Origin: Pseudomonadota bacterium
Lineage (GTDB): Bacteria; Pseudomonadota; Gammaproteobacteria; Burkholderiales; Burkholderiaceae_A
Reading direction: 5' to 3'
Length of the DNA: 64,000 nucleotides
Assembly (NCBI GenBank): GCA_046047855.1
Contig: JBJOHF010000078.1
Location: 1,723-65,722 of the forward strand
Shown: one piece after another, positions 44,339-53,172 of the stretch
Position numbering within the stretch: the first letter of the stretch is position 1
Layout: every line of letters begins with the position of its first letter
Translations under genes and position numbers: made by a program
The notes under the pieces: model-generated
Told to the model about the DNA's origin: nothing
Database searches by the model: none
The model's input: only the letters and a program-made list of their open reading frames with translations

Positions 44339-45301
44339 ATGTCACTGATCGTTCGTCGTCTCACCCGCTCCATGCAATGGGCCGGTCTTGGCGCCATGAG
44401 CATTGTGCTGAGCATGTTTGCTCTTGTGCCCATCGAGGCCGAGGCCAAGCGCATGGGAGGTGGCTCATCATTCGGCCGACAAGCCCCAGTGCAGCGACAG
44501 GCGCCGCCCACAAAACCAGCTCAGCAGCCCTCCCAACAACCTGCGCAACAGCCCGGTCAACAACCCGCGGCCGCCCCTGCGGCTGCGCCCGCTGCAGCTC
44601 AGACAGCGGCACCGGCTCGAAACAGCTGGATGGGTCCTGTCGCTGGCCTAGCAGCCGGCTTGGGTTTGGCCGCGTTGGCCTCCTATCTGGGTTTTGGTGA
44701 GGAGCTCATGAGCATGCTCCTCATTGTTGCTGGCGTGCTCCTGGCTGTCTTCTTGTTCCGTCTCGTGATGTCTCGCGGGCGCCAGGCCCAGCCTGCCGCT
44801 GCAGGTATTGCTGGCGCTGCGGGTGCCCCAATGGCCCGCACTGCGCTGCCAGACACCCAGTTAGGTGAGCCCATTGCACAGCCGGTTCAGCCGCAATCCC
44901 AAGAAACTTCCGAAGAAGATGTCGAGCGTTTCCTGAGTGTTGCGCGTGAGCAATTTCTGCACCTTCAGAGAGTCTGGGACGAAGGTCGGCTCGACGACAT
45001 CCGCGGCTTTACCACCGAGGGCATGGCAGAGGGCCTTCGCCAGCAGCTCTTCCAGCGTGGGCCCTCGGCCAACGTGACCACCGTTGACGAGCTGCATGTG
45101 GAATGGTTTGGTCAGTCCCGTGACACCGGAGACGAGGGACAACCGGTTGACGCAGTCTTCATCCGTTTCCACGGGCTCATTCGCGAGGCGGTCGATGCCC
45201 TGCCAACGCACTTCGACGAGACCTGGACACTGCACAAGACGGTTGGCGATCCGAATGCGGGCTGGCTGCTCGCCGGCATCACCCAGAACGCGCAGTCTTA
45301 A
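44339..45301 (+). CDS. Tim44-domain protein
   Basis: AKRMGGGSSFGRQ, Q/P/A-rich linker, C-terminal WLLAGI.Q; follows ubiE. Confidence 0.88.
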   Translation: MSLIVRRLTRSMQWAGLGAMSIVLSMFALVPIEAEAKRMGGGSSFGRQAPVQRQAPPTKPAQQPSQQPAQQPGQQPAAAPAAAPAAAQTAAPARNSWMGPVAGLAAGLGLAALASYLGFGEELMSMLLIVAGVLLAVFLFRLVMSRGRQAQPAAAGIAGAAGAPMARTALPDTQLGEPIAQPVQPQSQETSEEDVERFLSVAREQFLHLQRVWDEGRLDDIRGFTTEGMAEGLRQQLFQRGPSANVTTVDELHVEWFGQSRDTGDEGQPVDAVFIRFHGLIREAVDALPTHFDETWTLHKTVGDPNAGWLLAGITQNAQS

Positions 45302-45312
45302 GCGGAACCTGC

Positions 45313-45864
45313 ATGCTTGCGGCGCTTAACTTCGCCATTGAGCGTGACCGTGCCCTGCACGATCAACTTCGCTCATTGGCGGGGTGCCATATTGTGGTGG
45401 CTTTCGAGGGTTTCTCGCCTCTCGCCATCCCGGCGCTGTCTGCTCGTTTTGCACCAGATGGTCTGCTCGAGGCCGTCACGACTGACGCGTCTGCACCGAT
45501 TGATGTGCGCCTCACACTGACCCCGGCTTTCTTTTTAGCAAGCATGGAGCAGTTCTTCTCAAAAGCTTCTGCTGGCCCTTCCATGAAGGGCGTGCGGATT
45601 GAGGGGGATGCGGAGATTGCTCAGAAGCTCACGCCCCTTATCGCACTCATGCGAGCGCGCATTTCTCCACTGGGCCAGGCGGTTCAAAAGTCTTGGCCTG
45701 CACAGGCGGCACAAAAAGCGGCTCATCATGCAATCTATGAGACAGACGTGCTTGTCAGCCGAGCTCAGGTCGACTCTCATCAACAAGATCTTCAGGCGCT
45801 GCGTGACCGCATTGCGCGCTTTGAAAAGCGTCTTCAGTCCGTCGAGGCGACCAGCGCGCGGTAG
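45313..45864 (+). CDS. ubiJ: SCP2-domain ubiquinone accessory factor
   Basis: VRIEGDAEIAQ, C-terminal coiled coil LRDRIARFEKRL; ubiE operon. Confidence 0.75.
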   Translation: MLAALNFAIERDRALHDQLRSLAGCHIVVAFEGFSPLAIPALSARFAPDGLLEAVTTDASAPIDVRLTLTPAFFLASMEQFFSKASAGPSMKGVRIEGDAEIAQKLTPLIALMRARISPLGQAVQKSWPAQAAQKAAHHAIYETDVLVSRAQVDSHQQDLQALRDRIARFEKRLQSVEATSAR

Positions 45865-46577
45865 GCCCGCCATGTTGCATGCCCAACCCAGGGCGCAGTC
45901 ACGATGAGTAAGGGCATGAATAAGAGCAGGCTAGCCCCAATAATGCCAACGATTAAGAGGCCCCACACCAGACAAGTTCCTGGATTGCTCCAGAGGGCCC
46001 GCGCGCTGGCGAAAACAGCCTCGAGCGTGTCGGTCCCCCGGTCTAGCAGCAATGGAACGCTCACCACCGAAATCGCAAATACGAGACTTGCAAAGACAAA
46101 TCCAACGAACAGCCAGACCAAGATAAATTCCAGGTTTTCCATACTGACGATCTGCTGAAGCATGCTCTGGACCGTTGGGTAATCGTGAGACGCGAAAAGC
46201 GCAAAGATCACCACCGAAACACGGGCCCAGACGATCATGAAAAAGGTCAGCATGGCGGCAAAAAAGCCAATGGACTTCCAGTTCCGGAGCCAAGCCCACC
46301 AGCTCTTCACCAAGTTATAGCCCTCGCCTTGCTCTCGTTGGCGAGAGAGCTCATAAATGCCGGTGCAAATAAAGGGCCCCATCAAGAAGAATCCGGCTGT
46401 CAGCCCCATTGTGGCTTGCCATAGCGACCCGTAGACATAGGAGATCAAATACCCCATGAGGGCGAAACACCCGCCGTACCATGCGCCGCGAAGCCCTGCA
46501 CAAAGCATGTCATGCCACCCGGCCCGAAGCCATTGAATGGGTGCCGTCAGTGGGAGGCCTTGTTGTATCGCGGTCAT
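45834..46577 (-). CDS. DUF2189-like integral membrane protein
   Basis: WLRAGW.D, GP...G.YELSR, GHATWRAYR. Confidence 0.8.
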   Translation of the reverse strand: MTAIQQGLPLTAPIQWLRAGWHDMLCAGLRGAWYGGCFALMGYLISYVYGSLWQATMGLTAGFFLMGPFICTGIYELSRQREQGEGYNLVKSWWAWLRNWKSIGFFAAMLTFFMIVWARVSVVIFALFASHDYPTVQSMLQQIVSMENLEFILVWLFVGFVFASLVFAISVVSVPLLLDRGTDTLEAVFASARALWSNPGTCLVWGLLIVGIIGASLLLFMPLLIVTAPWVGHATWRAYRALVASTD

Positions 46578-46648
46578 GTCTCTCTCCTTGCTTTATTCTG
46601 ATTGTGTTCCTCTATGCGGACATAAGCATCTTGCGCTGCACTACAACA

Positions 46649-47119
46649 CTAGGCGCGATGGTAGGGGTGACCTGCCAAGATCGACCACGCGCGATAGAGC
46701 TGCTCTACAAGGATGACACGCGCCATGCCGTGAGGCAGGGTGAAATCGGAGAGCCGAAGCGAGCATGCTGACTCTGATTTCAAGGTGGGGTCTAGGCCGT
46801 CAGGGCCGCCGATGACAAAGCTGACGGTGTGCTGGTTCAGCCGCCAACGGTCGAGCTGTTGGGCCAACGCCACACTCGTAAGCGTTTTTCCATGCTCATC
46901 GAGGGTCACGAGGAGGGACCCGGGAGGCAATGCTTGCCGGACTCTGGACGCCTCGGCCTGCATCATGGCTTCGACCGTCTTGCCAAGGGTGCGGGGCTCG
47001 GCTTTGATCTCTTTTAAGGTGAGCGGGAATTCCCCAGGGAATCGATCCGCGTACTCCCGGTAAGCTTCCTCCACCCAACGAGGCTGCTTGGTTCCGACTG
47101 CCAATAGATGCAGCTGCAT
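46649..47119 (-). CDS. rlmH: 23S rRNA pseudouridine-1915 methyltransferase
   Basis: FVIGGPDG, TLPH, EQLYRAWSI..GHPYHR. Confidence 0.97.
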   Translation of the reverse strand: MQLHLLAVGTKQPRWVEEAYREYADRFPGEFPLTLKEIKAEPRTLGKTVEAMMQAEASRVRQALPPGSLLVTLDEHGKTLTSVALAQQLDRWRLNQHTVSFVIGGPDGLDPTLKSESACSLRLSDFTLPHGMARVILVEQLYRAWSILAGHPYHRA

Positions 47120-47157
47120 ACACGATCTCCTCGATCACAACCGAAAGGACGCATCAC

Positions 47158-48120
47158 ATGAAACCTGTCGTGCTTTTTCTTGACGACTTCGAGCATGCAT
47201 TCTCTAACACCCCACGCATTCGGGCGCTAGACGGCGCTGCAACCCTCGAGATCCACACGTCACCGTTGCGCGGGGCTGCGCTTGAATCTGCATTGGCCAG
47301 GGCCAGTGGTGTCGTCCTGATGCGTGATCGCACACCATTTGGTGAGTCGGAACTCAGCCGCGCCCCGCACCTCAAGTTTGTGATTTATACCGGTACGCGC
47401 AACAACCTTCTTGATGAGGCTGCCTGTCAGGCGCGAGCGATTCCTGTGTTCAATACACAATTTGGGCCATCCAAGGCGAGTACATGCGAACTCACTTGGG
47501 CGCTTTTGCTTGCCAGTCTCAAACGCGTCGAGGCGGGCATGCGGGTGCTCCGAGAGCCGCTCGCCGATTGGAGGCAGGGCCTACACTTTCCCCATCTCGC
47601 CGATATTTTGGAAGGTGAGACCCTCGGGCTCATTGGCCTAGGGAATATCGGCTCAAGGGTTGCGCGTGTCGGGCAAGCCTTTGGTATGCGTGTGCTCGCT
47701 TGGAGTCCCAATCTGACACCGGAGAGGGCTCAGGCGGGGGGTGCAGAGTGGTCATCGCTTGAGGACCTGCTTGGACAAAGCAAGGCGGTAAGCCTGCACA
47801 TGGTGCTGGCAGATACGACGCGCGGCCTCATGAATGCAGATCGGCTTGCGCTGATGCGCCCTGACAGCGTCTTGGTGAACACCTCACGGGCTGGGCTGGT
47901 GGTCGAGCGGGATCTTCTGCTTGCACTAGAGGCGGGTCGTCCGTCGATGGCGGCATTGGACGTTTTCGAGCAAGAGCCCTTACCCGCCGATCACCCGTTT
48001 CGCACCATGGACCAGGTCACGCTCTCACCTCATCTGGGCTTTGTGGCCAATCCGGTCTATGCCACCTTCACAGAGACGGTTGCGGACCATCTGGAGCGGC
48101 TGATACCCACAGTTCAGTAA
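47158..48120 (+). CDS. D-2-hydroxyacid dehydrogenase family protein
   Basis: MRDRT, GLGNIG, VNTSRA, LDVFEQEP, SPHLG. Confidence 0.92.
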   Translation: MKPVVLFLDDFEHAFSNTPRIRALDGAATLEIHTSPLRGAALESALARASGVVLMRDRTPFGESELSRAPHLKFVIYTGTRNNLLDEAACQARAIPVFNTQFGPSKASTCELTWALLLASLKRVEAGMRVLREPLADWRQGLHFPHLADILEGETLGLIGLGNIGSRVARVGQAFGMRVLAWSPNLTPERAQAGGAEWSSLEDLLGQSKAVSLHMVLADTTRGLMNADRLALMRPDSVLVNTSRAGLVVERDLLLALEAGRPSMAALDVFEQEPLPADHPFRTMDQVTLSPHLGFVANPVYATFTETVADHLERLIPTVQ

Positions 48121-49099
48121 GGCCGCTGTACAAGGGCCCGTCTAGCCACGCCTGAGGCTCGGGCTCCTTGATGAGCCTGAGATCCGGACGCGCCCGTGCG
48201 AGAGCCTGCAATGCAGTCATGGCCTCTGTTCGGGTGAGGGCAGCTCCCAGGCAGATATGGGGACCACTTCCGAAGGGAAGTCCCGCAGACTCCAGGTTGG
48301 CAATGACCAGCTCACCACGACGCAGGGTCTGACCGAAGGCCTCGTGCCCTATTTTGACGCGTCGGCCAGTGATCCGAATCGGGGGATATTCTCGCAACAC
48401 CCGATGCACGACCGCCTGCGCAACGGATTCCTGGACGAGCGTTTGCCAGATCTGAGGGTCCCTCAGGCCCACCAAGAGGCCGACTGAGAGCAGGTGCCGG
48501 GTTGTTTCAAGCCCCGCGAAGAACAACATGAGCTGCTGAATCTGCGCCTCTGTAAGGGGGGCTGCGAGACCCATAGAGGTGGTCAGCAGCTGTGCCGCTT
48601 GCCGCGCCTCGTCAGCAACGCCGGCGTGCAAGTTTGGCCTCTCCAGAAACACGGCCAACGCGTGCGAGGCAGCCCAGAGTGCTGGGCTATCCGGGACACT
48701 TACCCCCATCCAGTGACACATTACTTTGAGCGGCACCTTGCGGGCATAGTGCTCGACTAAGTCCAGGGGCACCCCTCGGGGCAGCGAGTCCGCAACCGCA
48801 TCCGCCCATTCCCGCAGCAAATTCCTTTTGAGCAAGACTTCGCGGGCAGAAAAGGCCTCCGAGACACTGCCTCGAGCGACCTGGTGTTCGATACCATCAA
48901 AGAAAATAAAGGCGCTTGAGAGGAGCTTACGAAAACCAAGCTGCTCGCCTCGGGCCGCGCCCGCCTTTCGAATCCAGCCCGCTGTCCGGTCTGCTGAAAG
49001 CAGCTCAGAGCTTAATGCCCATTGGACAGCCGTTCGACCCGAAGCGACCCACGCTCCCCCATAGAGCATTGGGTCCCAGCGAAGCTGGGCATGCGTCAT
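48068..49099 (-). CDS. Atypical short cytochrome P450 (BioI-like by context)
   Basis: Heme motif [11 protein letters not shown]-helix AGLETT; ATGA overlap with bioB stop. Confidence 0.85.
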   Translation of the reverse strand: MTHAQLRWDPMLYGGAWVASGRTAVQWALSSELLSADRTAGWIRKAGAARGEQLGFRKLLSSAFIFFDGIEHQVARGSVSEAFSAREVLLKRNLLREWADAVADSLPRGVPLDLVEHYARKVPLKVMCHWMGVSVPDSPALWAASHALAVFLERPNLHAGVADEARQAAQLLTTSMGLAAPLTEAQIQQLMLFFAGLETTRHLLSVGLLVGLRDPQIWQTLVQESVAQAVVHRVLREYPPIRITGRRVKIGHEAFGQTLRRGELVIANLESAGLPFGSGPHICLGAALTRTEAMTALQALARARPDLRLIKEPEPQAWLDGPLYSGLTELWVSAAPDGPQPSL

Positions 49100-50097
49100 G
49101 TAGACAGAATCTGCAGTCTGTCTAACAGCGCACGATCATGCTCGGCCTGAGGGTTGGATGTGGTGAGCAGTCGATCGCCGTAAAAAATAGAATTGGCCCC
49201 CGCCATGAAGCAAAGCGTCTGTAGCTCGTCTGACATGCCTTCACGACCGGCCGACAGGCGCACGCGCGCATGGGGCATCAGGACTCTGGCGACCGCAATG
49301 GTGCGCACGAATTCAAGTGGGTCGAGTGCAGGTGTGCCATGTAATGGCGTTCCCGGGACCGGCACCAGTTGGTTAATTGGCACAGACTCGGGCGCGGGTG
49401 ATAGGTTTGCCAAGGTAGCTAGAAGGCTCGCCCGTTGGCGCCGTGTCTCACCCATGCCAACAATGCCACCGCAACACACGTGAATGCCAGCGTCGCGAAC
49501 GCGATCGAGCGTCTCCAGACGATCTTCGAATTGTCGGGTGGAGATGATTTGTCCGTAGAAGTCTGCAGAGGTATCGAGGTTGTGGTTGTAGTAATCCAAG
49601 CCGGCCTCTGCAAGTGACTGCGCCTGAGACTCGGAGAGCATGCCCAAGGTCATACATGTCTCGAGCCCAAGATTCCTGACGCCTCTGACCATATCGGTCA
49701 GCGCATCCATATCCTTGTCTTTGGGGCTGCGCCAGGCAGCACCCATGCAGAACCGACTCGCCCCCTGTGCCTTGGCCTGCGCTGCTGCCTCGAGGACCTC
49801 GCTTACATCCATGAGTTTTTCTGCCTTGACGCTGCCCTCGTGATGGGCAGACTGGGGGCAGTAACCGCAGTCCTCAGCACACCCACCGGTCTTGATGGAC
49901 AGAAGCGTCGAGAGTTGGACTTCGTTATGCGGCTGATGGGCACGGTGCACCTGTTGAGCCTGGAACAACAGATCAAGAAACGGCCGTTCGAAGAGATCGA
50001 CGACGGCCTGTGTGTTCCAATTCCTGAGCTGGGTTTCGTCAGGACGAGATGAAGTAGGGGCGGAGGGCGTCGGTGTGGAGCGCGTCGAGCGGGTCAT
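49096..50097 (-). CDS. bioB: Biotin synthase
   Basis: CAEDCGYC radical-SAM motif, YNHNLDT, PESVPIN. Confidence 0.98.
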   Translation of the reverse strand: MTRSTRSTPTPSAPTSSRPDETQLRNWNTQAVVDLFERPFLDLLFQAQQVHRAHQPHNEVQLSTLLSIKTGGCAEDCGYCPQSAHHEGSVKAEKLMDVSEVLEAAAQAKAQGASRFCMGAAWRSPKDKDMDALTDMVRGVRNLGLETCMTLGMLSESQAQSLAEAGLDYYNHNLDTSADFYGQIISTRQFEDRLETLDRVRDAGIHVCCGGIVGMGETRRQRASLLATLANLSPAPESVPINQLVPVPGTPLHGTPALDPLEFVRTIAVARVLMPHARVRLSAGREGMSDELQTLCFMAGANSIFYGDRLLTTSNPQAEHDRALLDRLQILST

Positions 50098-50740
50098 ATG
50101 GGTCTTGGTCTAGTCTGGGAATTCTGCCTAGGCATGGGGCGCCAAAGCGATGCTCAATAACATCTCGTAAAGCAGAGAAGGTCTGCTCCGAAAATAACAT
50201 GTCTGGGTCAATGGTGTTGGCAATCCAACCAGCAATTGGGAGGCCTTCTGCTTGGATAGCCCTAAGGGTGAGCAGTGCATGATTCATGCAACCGAGTCGC
50301 ATCCCGACCACCAAGACAACTGGCAGCCCGAGTAAGCGGGCCAAATCTGCTGTTGAGCAGTCTGTATTGAGTGGCACATCGAAACCGCCAACACCTTCAA
50401 CGATCACACAGTCGGCGCTCTGTTCGAGCTGCTCAAGCACAAGCCAGAGCGGCTCAAGCGAGAGGGTTACGCCCTCCTGCGCTGCTGCGACAGAAGGCGC
50501 GCATGCAGCAAGGAGCTGGATCGGTCCCACAGCTTGGGGTCCAATTGCAGTCAGGCCTGTGGCGTTGTGAAGTGCTGCGACATCTTCATTGATTCCGTCT
50601 GCGGCCCGTCCTGCTGAGACGGGCTTAAACCCAGCGGTGCGCACCCCAAGGGTTTGGCCCAGACGCACAAGTGCACAAGACACGAGGGTCTTACCGATCT
50701 CCGTATCCGTTCCGGCCACAAAGAGGCCGCGCCGCTTCAT
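50039..50740 (-). CDS. bioD: Dethiobiotin synthetase
   Basis: [27 protein letters not shown]. Confidence 0.96.
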   Translation of the reverse strand: MKRRGLFVAGTDTEIGKTLVSCALVRLGQTLGVRTAGFKPVSAGRAADGINEDVAALHNATGLTAIGPQAVGPIQLLAACAPSVAAAQEGVTLSLEPLWLVLEQLEQSADCVIVEGVGGFDVPLNTDCSTADLARLLGLPVVLVVGMRLGCMNHALLTLRAIQAEGLPIAGWIANTIDPDMLFSEQTFSALRDVIEHRFGAPCLGRIPRLDQDPYDPLDALHTDALRPYFISS

Positions 50741-51948
50741 CACCAACTGGTTTCACGCTCTGGAGTAGACGAGACTTTATGGATGCTGAGGTCTGCACCC
50801 TCAAACTCTGCCTCGCGGTCCAGTCGCAGGCCGATTGTGTATCGCAGTCCACCATAAATCACCGTGGCGCCGATCACGGAGACCAACACGGCTGTGACTG
50901 CGCCCACGATCTGGCTACCTAAAGCGACACCGCCAAGGCCACCAAGTGCGGGAAGGCCAAAGATGCCTACCGCAACCGTACCCATTACGCCACAGAGCCC
51001 ATGTAATGGCCACACGCCAAGCACATCGTCGATTCGGAGGCGGTTTTGGGTGAAGTTAAACATCTTCACAAAGAGCAGTCCGGCGAGCAATCCAACGGCT
51101 AGAGAGCCCAGTGGGTGCATGACGTCGCTGCCTGCGCAGACTGCTACCAGTCCAGCGAGGGGCCCGTTATAGACGAACCCAGGATCGTTTCTCCCCAGGG
51201 CAAGTGCAGCCAGGGTACCTCCGATCATGGCCATGAGGCTGTTGAGTGCGACCAACCCTGAGATCGCCTCAATCTTTTGTGCACTCATGACGTTAAACCC
51301 GAACCAGCCCACGATCAGAATCCAACTGCCTAGGGCAAGAAACGGAATGCTGCTTGGCGGATGGGCGGCCACTGCCCCGCCATTTCGGTATCTGCCCGTG
51401 CGGGGCCCCAGAAAAAGCACAGCAATGAGCGCTGCCCAGCCCCCCACCGCGTGTACAACGGCTGAACCTGCGAAGTCATGAAATGCCTCCCCGAACCATG
51501 ACTTGATGGTGTCCTGAAAGCCAAACAAGTTGTTCCAGGCCATTCCCTCAAAAAGCGAGTAAGCCAACCCAACCATCAGCGCAGTCGCGATGAGCTGGGG
51601 CCCGAATCGAGCGCGCTCTGCAATGCCTCCTGAAATGATGGCTGGGATTGCAGCGGCAAATGTGAAGAGAAAAAAGAATTTCGTAAGGCCAAAGCCGTGG
51701 TCCTGCGTGAGTGCCTCAGCGCTGACGAAGAAGTGGATTCCGTAGGCAAGGTAGTAGCCAATGAAAAAATAGGCAAGGCCGCTAACTGAGAGGTCGGCAA
51801 TGATCTTGACTAGGGCATTGACCTGATTCTTATGCCTGACAGTGCCGACCTCAAGAAAGGCAAACCCTGCATGCATGGCCAAAACCATGATGGCGCCAAG
51901 GAGAATGAAAAGCGTATCAACGCTGGTGGCTGCTGCTGCGTTCATCAT
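50740..51948 (-). CDS. amt: Ammonium transporter (Amt family)
   Basis: DFAGSAVVH, GWFGFN, DDVLGVWPLH (twin His retained); multiple TM segments. Confidence 0.93.
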   Translation of the reverse strand: MMNAAAATSVDTLFILLGAIMVLAMHAGFAFLEVGTVRHKNQVNALVKIIADLSVSGLAYFFIGYYLAYGIHFFVSAEALTQDHGFGLTKFFFLFTFAAAIPAIISGGIAERARFGPQLIATALMVGLAYSLFEGMAWNNLFGFQDTIKSWFGEAFHDFAGSAVVHAVGGWAALIAVLFLGPRTGRYRNGGAVAAHPPSSIPFLALGSWILIVGWFGFNVMSAQKIEAISGLVALNSLMAMIGGTLAALALGRNDPGFVYNGPLAGLVAVCAGSDVMHPLGSLAVGLLAGLLFVKMFNFTQNRLRIDDVLGVWPLHGLCGVMGTVAVGIFGLPALGGLGGVALGSQIVGAVTAVLVSVIGATVIYGGLRYTIGLRLDREAEFEGADLSIHKVSSTPERETSW

Positions 51949-51969
51949 ATGGGGCTCTAAAAATCCTCG

Positions 51970-51975
51970 ATTCTA
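51970..51975 (-). promoter_or_regulatory. Possible internal -10 (TAGAAT) for amt-bioD-bioB-P450
   Basis: TAGAAT in the 42-bp bioF-amt spacer, ~21 nt before the amt ATG. Confidence 0.4.
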
Positions 51976-51990
51976 GTCCGGCCACACCCG

Positions 51991-53172
51991 TCAGTCTCGT
52001 GGCGCGGTCAGCGCCGAGCAAAGGTAAGACACATCCTCGATGGTGTGAGCGGCTGAGAGCGACACGCGCAGTCTGGCCGTACCCTCAGGTACCGTCGGAG
52101 GTCGAATGGCTGGAACCCAGAAGCCCGCGCAGGCCAGTGCCATGGAGCACTGCATCGCTGCCACGTTGTCTCCAATCAGGACGGGCTGAATGGGTGTGAT
52201 TGACTCTGGCAGTTGCAGCCCGATTGTGTTGAGCGCTGAACGATGCGACTGCATGTGCCTAATGAGCGTTGTAAGGTGATTTCGGCGACTTGAGCCCTCG
52301 TCACCGCGAATGATTTCGACACTTTGGAGCAGGGCGTGACTGATTGCGGGTGGGGGTGCCGTGGTGTAAATGAAGCTGCGGGCGGCTTGTTGCATCCACT
52401 CGATCACAAGTGGATGTGCAGCCACGAATGCGCCAGAGACGCCGGCGGCCTTCCCCAGGGTACCCATCAGGATAAACCGCTCACTGCAGATTTTTGAGAG
52501 CGCCATGGTGCCTCGGCCCTCCTCGCCCAAAACCCCCATTGCGTGCGCATCATCCACGATGACAGTCGCATCGAAGCGTTCTGCAAGATTGAGCAGCGCC
52601 TGCAAAGGAGCAAGGTCTCCGTCCATACTAAACACGCCGTCCGTCACAATCATTTTGATTCTGGCTTGACTGCTCGCGAGAAGTCGCTCCAGGGCTTCCA
52701 TGTCTCTGTGGGGAAACCGACGATGGTCGGCCTCGCTCAATCGCATGCCGTCAATCAGTGATGCGTGGTTCAGTTTGTCGCAGAAGAGGGCGTCGCCACG
52801 TTCTGTGATTGCAGTGAGCAGCGCCAGATTCGCCAGGTATCCCGTCGAAAACAACAGGCACTGGCACTCGGGAAATAATGGGGCCACCCAATCTGCCAGT
52901 GCGTGCTCAAGTTGTTCATGCGCCAGGCTGTGCCCACTTACCATGGCCGAAGCGCCCGCGCCTGCTCCATATCGATCCAGTCCCTCATGGAAGGCTTTCA
53001 GAACCGTTGGATGGTTGGCTAGACCCAGGTAGTCATTGCTTGCAAAATTAAGGACAGCCCCAGAGTCTCTGTGCGCAACTCGGTCACTCGGGCCCAACCC
53101 GGTGACGCGCTGTCGCAAGAGGCCGGCGGCTTTGCGATCAAGCAAGCGTTGGCGGAGTCGGTCCAGTAGCAT
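51991..53172 (-). CDS. bioF: 8-amino-7-oxononanoate synthase
   Basis: FASNDYLGL, NHASLIDG, DGVFSMDGD, DDAH, TLGKA, IRPPTVP. Confidence 0.96.
   Translation of the reverse strand: MLLDRLRQRLLDRKAAGLLRQRVTGLGPSDRVAHRDSGAVLNFASNDYLGLANHPTVLKAFHEGLDRYGAGAGASAMVSGHSLAHEQLEHALADWVAPLFPECQCLLFSTGYLANLALLTAITERGDALFCDKLNHASLIDGMRLSEADHRRFPHRDMEALERLLASSQARIKMIVTDGVFSMDGDLAPLQALLNLAERFDATVIVDDAHAMGVLGEEGRGTMALSKICSERFILMGTLGKAAGVSGAFVAAHPLVIEWMQQAARSFIYTTAPPPAISHALLQSVEIIRGDEGSSRRNHLTTLIRHMQSHRSALNTIGLQLPESITPIQPVLIGDNVAAMQCSMALACAGFWVPAIRPPTVPEGTARLRVSLSAAHTIEDVSYLCSALTAPRD

Noticed and set aside
44500-44620. Tandem repeat or CRISPR-like array
   Set aside because: Degenerate PxQQ/AAP low-complexity linker within the Tim44 CDS, not DNA-level repeats
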